Positions 38,672-47,740 of a stretch of DNA of 64,000 nt are shown piece by piece (within the stretch, counting starts at the first letter, position 1; each line of letters begins with the position of its first letter). The position numbers and the translations under genes were made by a program. The notes beneath the pieces are model-generated. The model saw only the letters and a list, made by a program, of their open reading frames with translations, did not search any database and was not told the DNA's origin. Location: positions 1-64,000 of the forward strand of contig CAXXVZ010000002.1 of NCBI GenBank assembly GCA_963678065.2, written 5' to 3'. Source of the DNA: Treponemataceae bacterium. Its GTDB lineage: Bacteria > Spirochaetota > Spirochaetia > Treponematales > Rectinemataceae.

Positions 38672-39943
38672 TTATCTGATCGAGATTTCGACGACGGCGT
38701 CGGGATGGGCCGCCGATACGGCGCCCGAATCCGCGCCGAGTTCTGCCGGGCCGAGGTTGAGGCTGATCATCTCGGAAGGCTGGATGTGGCCCTTTTTCTG
38801 GCTGCGCACGACGCGTCCGTCTACCTTGACCTCGAGCACTGCGTCGTTCTTGACGACGAGTGGCCGCATGAAGAGTTTGTTGTCGCGCCCGATGTCGACG
38901 CGCGAGGGGCTGACGTAGCGGATGTTGGAGCCCGCCTTCACGCGGAGCTGGCTTCCGGGCCTGCCGCCGGCGAGCCAGTCCGCGGCGAAGCAGCCCGCGC
39001 GCCGCGATTCTTCGACGACGAAGTCGACGAGATCGTGCACGTGGAGCACGTTGCCGCAGGCGAATACGCCGGGGATCGAAGTCATCATCGTCGCGTCGAC
39101 CCAGGGGCCGTTTGTCATGGGGTTGATCTCGACGCCCGCCTTCTTGGAGAGTTCGTTTTCGGGCACGAGGCCGACGGAGAGGAGGACGGTGTCGCAGGGG
39201 ATGCGCCTCGCCTTCTCGTACACGACCGCGCCGTTCTCGATCGGGGTGATCTCGACGCCTTCGACTCTGTCTTTCCCGTAGATGTCGGTCGTGAGGTGGG
39301 AGAGGTAGAGGGGGATGTCGAAGTCGTGGAGGCACTGCACGATGTTGCGCGTGAGACCCGAAGGATACGGCAGTATTTCGACGACGGCGTGGACCTTGCA
39401 GCCGATCCAGCTCATGCGCCTCGCCATGATGAGGCCGATGTCGCCCGAGCCGATGATGACGACTTCCTTGCCGGGGATGTAGCCCTCGATGTTGACGAGT
39501 CGCTGGGCGAGCCCGGCCGTGTAGACTCCGGCGGGACGCGAGCCAGGAATGCGGATGTTCCCGCGGTTGCGCTCGCGGCAGCCCATGGCGAGGATGACTG
39601 CGCGCGCGGTCATGCGGATGACGCCGCGCTCTCGCGAGACGCAGTAGAGGACCTTGATCTCGCCCTCGGTCTCCATCCCGATGACGGTGGTGCCGCAGAA
39701 GCTCATGACGCGCGAGCCGCGGAGCCTGTCCTCGAAGCGCTGGGCGAACTCGGGCCCCGACAGCTCCTCGTTGAACTCGATGAGGCCGAATCCGTTGTGG
39801 ATGCACTGCATGAGGATGCCGCCGAGCTCCTCTTCCCGCTCGAGGACAGCGACGGAATATCCGCGGGTTTCCAGCTCGAGGGCGGCGGCCATGCCGGCGG
39901 CACCGCCGCCTATGACTATCGAATCGAAGTTGAGTTCTTTCAT
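38672..39943 (-). CDS. NAD(P)/FAD-dependent oxidoreductase (copy 2)
   Basis: GGGAAG, GGILMQCIHNGFG, GSGDIG, GNVLHVHDLVD. Confidence 0.9.
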   Translation of the reverse strand: MKELNFDSIVIGGGAAGMAAALELETRGYSVAVLEREEELGGILMQCIHNGFGLIEFNEELSGPEFAQRFEDRLRGSRVMSFCGTTVIGMETEGEIKVLYCVSRERGVIRMTARAVILAMGCRERNRGNIRIPGSRPAGVYTAGLAQRLVNIEGYIPGKEVVIIGSGDIGLIMARRMSWIGCKVHAVVEILPYPSGLTRNIVQCLHDFDIPLYLSHLTTDIYGKDRVEGVEITPIENGAVVYEKARRIPCDTVLLSVGLVPENELSKKAGVEINPMTNGPWVDATMMTSIPGVFACGNVLHVHDLVDFVVEESRRAGCFAADWLAGGRPGSQLRVKAGSNIRYVSPSRVDIGRDNKLFMRPLVVKNDAVLEVKVDGRVVRSQKKGHIQPSEMISLNLGPAELGADSGAVSAAHPDAVVEISIR

Positions 39944-41460
39944 AGCTCGCCCCTCAAGATTTCGGAGCCGGGACCACTCTTGGTTATCTCTGCCCAGGTC
40001 ATGCCGGTCTCGCGCATGATGATCTTGATTATCTTGTACGTGCAGAAGCCGCCCTGACAGCGCCCCATCTGGGCGCGCGTGAAGTACTTGATGCCGTCGA
40101 GCGTGGTGTGGCCGCGCTTTACGGCCTCGACGATTTCGGCCTCGGTGACCTGCTCGCAGCGGCAGACCATTTCGCCGAAGGCCGGATCTGTCTTGACGAG
40201 TTCGTCGAGCTCGTAGGGCGAGAGGTCGCGGGCGCGCGGGAACTTGCGCATGAAGGGGTCGTAGTCGGCCTTCTCCACGAGGCGGAGGCCGCCCCTTTTG
40301 AGAATGTCCTTGACGTACTCGCCGATCGCGGGGCTCGCCGTGAGCCCGGGAGACTGTATCCCGGCCACCTGGACGAGGTTGGGCGCGACAAAGGACATCT
40401 CGATGAAGAAGTCCTCCTCCAGCACGGGGCGGGAGCCGGCGAAGCTCGTGATGACATCGCTTTCCGAGATGGAGGGGACCATGTTCCGGGCATTGCGCAG
40501 GATGTTCTCGAGCTCGGCGCGCGTCGTGGACGCGTCGTCCTTCTCCTCGCTCGGCGTGGCCGTCGGGCCGATGAGAACGGTGCCCTCCACCGTGGGAATG
40601 ACAAGCATGCCCTTGGATACCGACGAGGGGACGGGGAAAACGACACGGTTCGGTCGGGACTTCGTCATGCGGTCGAGGAGGTAGTACTCGCCCTTGCGCG
40701 GCGTGATGCGGAAGGATTCACCTCCGAAGACGCGGGACACATCGTCGGCGTAGAGCCCCGCCGCGTTGACGACATAGCGGGCCCTGATGCTGCGCCCGTC
40801 GGCCGCGGTGACCTTCCACAGTCCTTCGCGGCGTTCGGCGCCGGACACCGCGAAGCCTGTAACGAGGCGCACGCCGTTCTTGACGGCGTTCTCGACGAGG
40901 GAGAAGACGAAGCGGTAAGGCTCGACGATGCCGCCGCCGGGGGCGTAGAGCCCTCCGACCGTGTCGCGGCTCAGCTTGGGCTCGAGTTCGAGCATGCGCT
41001 CCCGTGAGCACATCTCGATGCCGATGGCGCCGTTCTCGACTCCCTGCATGTAGAGCTGTTCCACGGAGCGCATTTCATCCTCGTGGAGGGCGACGACGAC
41101 GATGCCGCAGCGCTCGAAGGGGAAGTCGAGCTCGGCCTTGAGTCGGTCGAACATCATGGCTCCCTGAACCTCCAGCCTGGCCTTGAGGTATGTGGCGTTG
41201 TGGTGGAAGCCGCCGTGCACTATGCCCGAGTTGGCCTTGGATACGCCGAAGGAGACGTCGACTTCCTTGTCCACGAGGGCGACATCGAGTTCATAGGCCG
41301 AAAGTCGGCGGGCTATGTTGGCCCCGCAGACTCCGGCGCCGATGACGAGGACGTCAAAGGCCGTCTCCGCTCCCGGCGCTCCGCCCTCGGTCCGGTCCGC
41401 GGCCGCAGCCAAAGCTTCGGCCAGGGCCGGCATCGCCGGTTCATTCACTGTGTTCTTCAT
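39940..41460 (-). CDS. GlpA-like FAD-dependent oxidoreductase with BFD-like [2Fe-2S] domain (intact)
   Basis: IGAGVCG, SKANSGIVHGG, GIQSPGLTASPA, CRCE, GRCQGGFC; start uncertain. Confidence 0.88.
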   Translation of the reverse strand: MKNTVNEPAMPALAEALAAAADRTEGGAPGAETAFDVLVIGAGVCGANIARRLSAYELDVALVDKEVDVSFGVSKANSGIVHGGFHHNATYLKARLEVQGAMMFDRLKAELDFPFERCGIVVVALHEDEMRSVEQLYMQGVENGAIGIEMCSRERMLELEPKLSRDTVGGLYAPGGGIVEPYRFVFSLVENAVKNGVRLVTGFAVSGAERREGLWKVTAADGRSIRARYVVNAAGLYADDVSRVFGGESFRITPRKGEYYLLDRMTKSRPNRVVFPVPSSVSKGMLVIPTVEGTVLIGPTATPSEEKDDASTTRAELENILRNARNMVPSISESDVITSFAGSRPVLEEDFFIEMSFVAPNLVQVAGIQSPGLTASPAIGEYVKDILKRGGLRLVEKADYDPFMRKFPRARDLSPYELDELVKTDPAFGEMVCRCEQVTEAEIVEAVKRGHTTLDGIKYFTRAQMGRCQGGFCTYKIIKIIMRETGMTWAEITKSGPGSEILRGEL

Positions 41461-41618
41461 TCTCTCGTGTTCCTTGCTACCGTTATGAACCATGATAATA
41501 GGATGGTAAAACTGCAGCTGACAAGCCAAAAAGCGAGGGATGGGGCTTTCGGGCCTTCCCTTGCCGTTCCTGTCGGTTTCATTGACATTTCCGGCATTCT
41601 GTTTTCATACTGCCTTCC

Positions 41619-42971
41619 GTGAACAACCCACAAGAGCCACAACGCAACAAGCCAAAAATGCCGGATACGACAGTCAATCTCTATGGTCCGGGGATACTCG
41701 AAGACCTGCAGTCCATTCTCGAGCCCTGCTTCGGGCAAGGACCCTTCATCGTCATCACCGACGGAAGGATATGGGAGGCGGTGTCGCGTCTTTTTTCCGC
41801 CTTCCTGCGCAGGGTGCCCGGCACGACCATCCACATCCTTCCCGCCCATCCGGCTCCCTACGCCTCCGACAGCCTCGTCGCCCGCATCGCGGCCGTCATC
41901 GCCGCGACTCAGGCCGTGCCGGTCGCCGTCGGCTCGGGCACGGTCAACGACATCGTCAAGAGGGCTTCCTTCGAAAACGGCAGACGCTATGTCTGCGTTC
42001 CGACGGCGCCATCTGTCGACGGCTACACTTCCATGAGCGCCGCCATAACCGTGGGCGGATTCAAATCCACGATCGAATGCCCCGCGCCTCTGTGCGTGGT
42101 GGCCGACGAAAATATCATCCTGGGGGCCCCCCAGGGGCTGATTGCCTCGGGATACGGAGACATCATCGCCAAGCTGACGGGGGGCGCCGACTGGATCATC
42201 GCCGATACTATGGGTATCGAAGCGATCGACCCTGTCGCCTGGGATCTCGCCCAGTCCGCCGCCGTCGACCTTCTCCCCCGCGGAAAGGCCATACAGAGGG
42301 GTGACAGAGATTCTGTCGGGACCCTGTACAGGGGACTCGTCGCCTCGGGGCTCGCGATGCAGGAATACAACGATTCGCGCCCGGCATCGGGCACCGAGCA
42401 TCTGATGTCGCACACCTGGGAAATGTCCCACCTCGCGAAGGACGGAGAGGAAATTTCCCACGGATTCAAGGTGGCGGTAGGGACACTGGTGGCCGCAGCC
42501 CTGATGGAAGAGCTTTTCGGGGAAAAAGGCGCTGCAGGAGCCATGGTACGCCAGAGGCACTTCGACCCCTGCCTGAATCTGCTCGATTCCCGCATGCGGC
42601 TGGCCGGGCTCATCCCTCCCGAGAGTCCGCATCGGGCGAAAACGATCAGCACAATCGCGGCCAAAACACCCGGTGAGGCAGAAATCGCCCGACGGGCGGA
42701 AGTGGCCGGCAGATGCTGGACGACGCTCTCGGAGCGGGTCCGTCGCCAGGTGCCTCCCTTCGCTGTCCTCGCACAGGCGCTCCGATCGGCCGGATGTCCC
42801 GTCCAGCCGGCCCAGATCGGGCTCTCGCGCGAAGAGTGCCTCAGGAGCGCGAGAATCGCCTCACTCATCAGGGCCAGGTACACCGTACTCGACCTGGCTT
42901 CCGAGCTGGGTGCCCTGGAGACGGCCATCGAATCTGTCTTCAGCGGAGACTATTTCCAAGATTATGCCTGA
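41619..42971 (+). CDS. sn-glycerol-1-phosphate dehydrogenase (AraM/EgsA family)
   Basis: AVGSGTVNDIVK, PTAPSVDGYTS, SRPASGTEH, HGFKVAVG; start could be 41658. Confidence 0.85.
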   Translation: MNNPQEPQRNKPKMPDTTVNLYGPGILEDLQSILEPCFGQGPFIVITDGRIWEAVSRLFSAFLRRVPGTTIHILPAHPAPYASDSLVARIAAVIAATQAVPVAVGSGTVNDIVKRASFENGRRYVCVPTAPSVDGYTSMSAAITVGGFKSTIECPAPLCVVADENIILGAPQGLIASGYGDIIAKLTGGADWIIADTMGIEAIDPVAWDLAQSAAVDLLPRGKAIQRGDRDSVGTLYRGLVASGLAMQEYNDSRPASGTEHLMSHTWEMSHLAKDGEEISHGFKVAVGTLVAAALMEELFGEKGAAGAMVRQRHFDPCLNLLDSRMRLAGLIPPESPHRAKTISTIAAKTPGEAEIARRAEVAGRCWTTLSERVRRQVPPFAVLAQALRSAGCPVQPAQIGLSREECLRSARIASLIRARYTVLDLASELGALETAIESVFSGDYFQDYA

Positions 42972-42980
42972 GGAAAAAAC

Positions 42981-43781
42981 ATGAACCCTCTGCCGATTTC
43001 CGAGATGAGCGCCGCCCGGGCGCGCCGCATCGAATACGTCCTCATGGACATCGACGACACCCTCACGACCGGCGGCAAGCTCCCTGCCGTCGCCTACTCC
43101 GCCCTCTGGAACCTGAAGGAGGCGGGCCTGCGCGTCGTGCCGATCACGGGGCGGCCGGCGGGCTGGTGCGATCTCATCGCGCGCGAGTGGCCCGTCGACG
43201 GCGTCGTCGGAGAGAACGGAGCCTTCGCCTTCTGGGAAACCGAGGGACACCGCCTGCGCTCCATGACCCACCCCGCCGCCGTACGCAACGACTGCGCCAC
43301 CCTCGAACGGATACGCGATCGGGCCCTTTCCGAGGTGCCGGGCTGCCGCGTCGCCCGCGACCAGTTCGCCCGCCTCTACGACCTCGCGATCGACTTCGCG
43401 GAGGAGGAGCCCGCCCTGCCACTCGAAGCCGCAATTCGGATAAAGGCCATCTGCGACGAAGAAGGCGCAATCGCCAAAATCAGCTCCATCCACGTGAATG
43501 CCTGGATGGGAAGCTACGACAAGCTGACGATGGCCGAGGCATTCCTCGCCGCCCGCTTCGGCTACGACGCAGAGAGCGACCTCGAAAAAGTCGCCTTCGC
43601 GGGCGACTCCCCGAACGACGAGCCCATGTTCGCGCACTTTCCCAACAGCTGTGGCGTGGCGAACGTCCTGTGCTACGCCGGACTCATGAAAAGGCTTCCC
43701 CGCTTCGTGGCCTCGATGGAGTGCGGCGAGGGCTTCGCGGAGATAGCGCGCACGATAATCAAGAGGAGAAAAGCGCCATGA
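42981..43781 (+). CDS. HAD-IIB family hydrolase
   Basis: DIDDTL, ITGRP, GENG, GDSPND. Confidence 0.88.
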   Translation: MNPLPISEMSAARARRIEYVLMDIDDTLTTGGKLPAVAYSALWNLKEAGLRVVPITGRPAGWCDLIAREWPVDGVVGENGAFAFWETEGHRLRSMTHPAAVRNDCATLERIRDRALSEVPGCRVARDQFARLYDLAIDFAEEEPALPLEAAIRIKAICDEEGAIAKISSIHVNAWMGSYDKLTMAEAFLAARFGYDAESDLEKVAFAGDSPNDEPMFAHFPNSCGVANVLCYAGLMKRLPRFVASMECGEGFAEIARTIIKRRKAP

Positions 43782-44257
43782 ACAAAATCCCGAGCTTCAC
43801 CGTCAATCACCTCGCCCTTCTTCCGGGCGTCTATGTCTCGCGCAGGGACTCTGTCGGCAAAGGCGTTGTCACGACATTCGACATACGCATGAAGCGCCCG
43901 AACCTGGAACCGGTCATGAACACGGCAGAGATCCACGCCATCGAGCACCTCGGCGCGACATTCCTGCGCAATCAGGCCGCGTGGAAAGATTCCATCCTGT
44001 ACTTCGGGCCCATGGGATGCAGGACGGGCTTCTACCTCCTCGTGAAAGGAGAGCTCGTGCCCGTCGATATCCTGCCCCTTCTCGTCGAGACATTCAGCTT
44101 CATCGCCGCCTACGAGGGCGGGATTCCCGGCGCGAGCCCGCGGGACTGCGGGAATTACCTCGACATGAACCTGCCGATGGCGAAATACGAGGCCGCCCGC
44201 TTCCTCGAAACCACTCTGTCGGCGATGGATGAGAGCAGGATGAGCTACCCGGACTGA
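43778..44257 (+). CDS. luxS: S-ribosylhomocysteine lyase
   Basis: SFTVNH, HAIEH, GPMGCRTGFY, CGNY. Confidence 0.95.
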   Translation: MNKIPSFTVNHLALLPGVYVSRRDSVGKGVVTTFDIRMKRPNLEPVMNTAEIHAIEHLGATFLRNQAAWKDSILYFGPMGCRTGFYLLVKGELVPVDILPLLVETFSFIAAYEGGIPGASPRDCGNYLDMNLPMAKYEAARFLETTLSAMDESRMSYPD

Positions 44258-44276
44258 AGACCCTCGAATTCGCATG

Positions 44277-44314
44277 GAAAATCCGATCCCATCGATTCGC
44301 GGGATCGGATTTTC
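44277..44314. terminator. Bidirectional hairpin terminator
   Basis: GAAAATCCGATCCC-N10-GGGATCGGATTTTC. Confidence 0.75.
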
Positions 44315-45023
44315 ACCTTATCGATAAAAATGGCACCAAACCATATTGCAATATGATTATATTATATGCCCCATGAATAAACACCGGCACACCAATTTTA
44401 TCTATTTTTGCGAAATATCTGCCCGCAAAGCATAAGAGAGATACCATGAAAAGAATCATAAAGTAGGGAAAATCAGATACACGTGGAATTCCTGTCACGT
44501 GACAAAGAGAAAAAATAATCGAAAAACCAATGAAACCAATAACGCGTCGCCGGGAAGTAATGCTATCAGGAAAGAAAGAGTTATATAAATAGCCTCTAAA
44601 TATTGTTTCTTCCAATAATGGGAAAAAGAGTCCCAAGGAAAAGACACTGAAAACTTCAGTGAGATTTATGTTTTTTTTAATTGCAAGAAAATTGATAATA
44701 ACAAGCGCTCCAATCGTGGGCAAAGTGATAAGCTTATTGATGTCTTTTTTTATTTCATTGCCACCTGCAAGGACAAATGATATTGCCGCAGTAACAAAAA
44801 AGACTACCAGGAAGATTATGGCTGATACATAGTTATTTTTTTCTAAAAACATTTTTGTTGTCAACAATGACATTCCGCCAATAGCTAACAAAGCAATTGA
44901 GAAAATTGCTACGAATGCTTTTTTCTGTACTTTTTCTTGTCGCTCGTTCCGCTTTATTCGGATGAAAAAAAATAAAACGCAAAAAACTTCAACAATTGCA
45001 ATAAGCAAAGCCCCTGCGATCAT
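44313..45023 (-). CDS. CPBP (CAAX/Abi) intramembrane metalloprotease, AT-rich gene
   Basis: EETIFRG, FSLCH, HGAYN motifs; multiple TM segments. Confidence 0.85.
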   Translation of the reverse strand: MIAGALLIAIVEVFCVLFFFIRIKRNERQEKVQKKAFVAIFSIALLAIGGMSLLTTKMFLEKNNYVSAIIFLVVFFVTAAISFVLAGGNEIKKDINKLITLPTIGALVIINFLAIKKNINLTEVFSVFSLGLFFPLLEETIFRGYLYNSFFPDSITSRRRVIGFIGFSIIFSLCHVTGIPRVSDFPYFMILFMVSLLCFAGRYFAKIDKIGVPVFIHGAYNIIILQYGLVPFLSIR

Positions 45024-45120
45024 TGCTTCTTCCTCATAGTTGCGGTGTGCCATATGGCACACCGCTAATACTAGATCCTACCGAACGTCAGGGTTCATTA
45101 GCAGATACAAGGACACAGTC

Positions 45121-47658
45121 TCAGGCCCAGCGCACCAGGCCGGGCACGAAGCTCTGCACGAGGTCGGGGTGCTTGGGAAGGACGCGCACGGCGTAGCCGA
45201 CCTGGCCCGTGCGCACGCACTTCACGTCGATAGCGTACTCCAGAAGGTTGTTCTTCTGGCCGGCCGGACTCATCTCGTCGAGGATAGCCGACTCGATCTC
45301 GCCCGTGCTGGACAGAGGGCCGTGGTAGCACTCGACCCTGACCTCGTCGGGGGAAAGTCCCGCGAGGTCCACGAGGGCCCGCACGTTGACGAAATCGCCG
45401 CGCTCCATGACCGGCTTCGCGTCGGCTACGAGATCGCGGATCTGGACGCCCGGCCAGGCGCGGCGCGCCTTGTCGAGATAGCTCGCGAGGCGGTCGGCAG
45501 ACACGAATCCTGCCGCCGTCATCTTCCTGTGGTTCTCGAGGGCGGGAATGTAGAAGGAGTTGGAGTACTCCTCGAGCATGCGGTATGTCGAGAAGTCCTT
45601 GCCTATCGTCCTCATGGTAGCCTTCATCTTGGCTATCCATTCGCGGGGCAGGCCGTCGCGGCCGCGCCTGTAGAAGAGGGGGATTATCTCGCTTTCCAGA
45701 AGATCGTAGAGGGCCTCGCTCTCGACCTTGTCCTGGAGCTCCTCGTCCTTGTATTCCTCTCCCGAACCGATGGCGAAGCCGATCTCCGGAGTGTAGGCCT
45801 CGGCCCACCAGCCGTCGAGGATGGAGCAGTTGAGGACGCCGTTCATGCCGGCCTTCATGCCCGAAGTGCCCGAGGCCTCCATCGGACGCCTCGGCGTGTT
45901 GAGCCATACGTCGGCGCCCGATGTCATGTAGCGCGCCATGGCCATGTCGTAGTTTTCCAGGAAGACGATGCGGTTCTGGACTTCCGGCAGGCGGCTGAAA
46001 TGGACGAGCTGCTTGATGAGCTCCTTGCCGGCGATGTCGTGCGGGTGGGCTTTTCCGGCAAAGATGAGCTGGATCGGATGTTCGTTGTCTGAGAGCAGCT
46101 TGAGCAGGCGCGCAGGGTCGCGCAGGAGCAGGTTGCCCCGCTTGTAGGTGGCGAAGCGCCGGGAGAAGGCGATGGTGAGGGCGTAGGGCGAAAGGGTGTC
46201 CTCTGCCTCGTGCAGGGCCACATCCGTCGCTCCGTTGCGCTTCAGGGATTTCTTGAGCTGCTCGCGCGCGAACACGACGAGGCGGCTGCGTCTGCGGGCG
46301 TGGGTGCGCCAAAGTTCCTCGTCCGAAATCCTGTCCATCCGGTCCCATATCTCGCGCTTGGCGGGCTCGTCGTAGAACCTGGGACCGAAGTAGCGGTCCA
46401 TGACCTCGAGCATGTTGTGGGAGATCCATGTGCGGGGGTGGACGCCGTTGGTGATGGAGGTGATGGGCACTTCCGGATAGGGGAGGCCCGGCCAGAGCGA
46501 GGACCACATCGTTCGGGACACTTCGCCGTGGAGGGCCGAGACGCCGTTGTTGTAGGCCGAGAGCTTGAGGGCCAGGATGGTCATGCAGAAGGTTTCGTTG
46601 TAGTCCTCGGAATTTTCGCGGCCGAGGGTGAGGAAATCCTTCCAGTCGAGGCCGAGGAGACTGGCCCAGGAGCGGAAATACCTCTCCATGAGGTCGATGC
46701 CGAAGCGCTCGTTGCCCGCCGGAACGGGGGTGTGGGTCGTGAAGATGTTCGTGGGTAAGAGAGCCTGCAGGGCCTGGTAGAAATTGAAACCGCGCTCGGC
46801 CATGAGGATGCGGATCCGCTCCAGCCCGAGGAAGGCGGCGTGCCCCTCGTTCATGTGGGTGACCGCGGGCACGATGCCGAGGGCGCGCAGCGCGCGGATG
46901 CCGCCGATGCCGAGAAGCATCTCCTGGCGCATGCGCATATCCTTGTCGCCGCCGTAGAGCGTCGCCGTGATGACCCTGTCCTCGGGGCTGTTCTCGTCGA
47001 TATTGGTGTCGAGAAGGTAGAGGGAGTTGCGTCCGACCTTGACTTCCCAGATGGCCGCGGCGATCGTCCTGCCGGACATCTCGACGGAGATGAGAACGGG
47101 TTTGCCATCGGCGCCGAGGCAGCGGTAGACGGGCATGTTGTACCAGTCATTCTCGGGGTAGGATTCCTGCTGGTATCCGTCCTGGTTCAGGTTCTGCTTG
47201 AAATAGCCCTGGCGGTACAGGAGACCGACGCCGACCAGAGGAAGGCCCATGTCGCTCGCCGTCTTCATGTGGTCGCCGGATAGGATGCCGAGGCCGCCGG
47301 AATAGATGGGCAGCGAGACATCGAGACCGTACTCCATGGAGAAGTAGGCGACGAGATCCTCGCGGGGGCCCTTGTACCAGGTCTCGCCGTGCTTGTAGTT
47401 CTCGAACTTGTCGACGACTTCCTTCAGGGCGGCGAGGAAAGAATCGTCCTTGGCGAGCTCGTCGTAGCGCTCCTGGGAGACCATGCCGAGCATCTTGGCG
47501 GGGCTCTGGTCGGACTCGATCCACTTGTCGTAGTCCAGCCTCATGAAGAGCATGACTGCGTCGAAATTCCAGGACATCCATATGTTGTGTGCGATTTCTT
47601 CGAGAGGAGCGAGGGGGCCCACTATTTTCGGTTTCACGGTATGCGAAATAATCTTCAT
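45121..47658 (-). CDS. glgP: Alpha-glucan (glycogen) phosphorylase
   Basis: YSGGLGILSGD, HMNEGH, RRFATYKR, EASGTSGMK. Confidence 0.95.
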   Translation of the reverse strand: MKIISHTVKPKIVGPLAPLEEIAHNIWMSWNFDAVMLFMRLDYDKWIESDQSPAKMLGMVSQERYDELAKDDSFLAALKEVVDKFENYKHGETWYKGPREDLVAYFSMEYGLDVSLPIYSGGLGILSGDHMKTASDMGLPLVGVGLLYRQGYFKQNLNQDGYQQESYPENDWYNMPVYRCLGADGKPVLISVEMSGRTIAAAIWEVKVGRNSLYLLDTNIDENSPEDRVITATLYGGDKDMRMRQEMLLGIGGIRALRALGIVPAVTHMNEGHAAFLGLERIRILMAERGFNFYQALQALLPTNIFTTHTPVPAGNERFGIDLMERYFRSWASLLGLDWKDFLTLGRENSEDYNETFCMTILALKLSAYNNGVSALHGEVSRTMWSSLWPGLPYPEVPITSITNGVHPRTWISHNMLEVMDRYFGPRFYDEPAKREIWDRMDRISDEELWRTHARRRSRLVVFAREQLKKSLKRNGATDVALHEAEDTLSPYALTIAFSRRFATYKRGNLLLRDPARLLKLLSDNEHPIQLIFAGKAHPHDIAGKELIKQLVHFSRLPEVQNRIVFLENYDMAMARYMTSGADVWLNTPRRPMEASGTSGMKAGMNGVLNCSILDGWWAEAYTPEIGFAIGSGEEYKDEELQDKVESEALYDLLESEIIPLFYRRGRDGLPREWIAKMKATMRTIGKDFSTYRMLEEYSNSFYIPALENHRKMTAAGFVSADRLASYLDKARRAWPGVQIRDLVADAKPVMERGDFVNVRALVDLAGLSPDEVRVECYHGPLSSTGEIESAILDEMSPAGQKNNLLEYAIDVKCVRTGQVGYAVRVLPKHPDLVQSFVPGLVRWA

Positions 47659-47740
47659 CTCTTACCACCTTTTCGGGCAGGACTGTTCAGGTCGGATTAT
47701 ATAGGATCGAACCGACTCCGCCAGAGGGATCGAAAAATAT

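Noticed and set aside
45062..45104. attC-like site beside the AT-rich gene
   Set aside because: Only 43 bp, has AAT/ATT instead of AAC/GTT cores, no second site and no integrase
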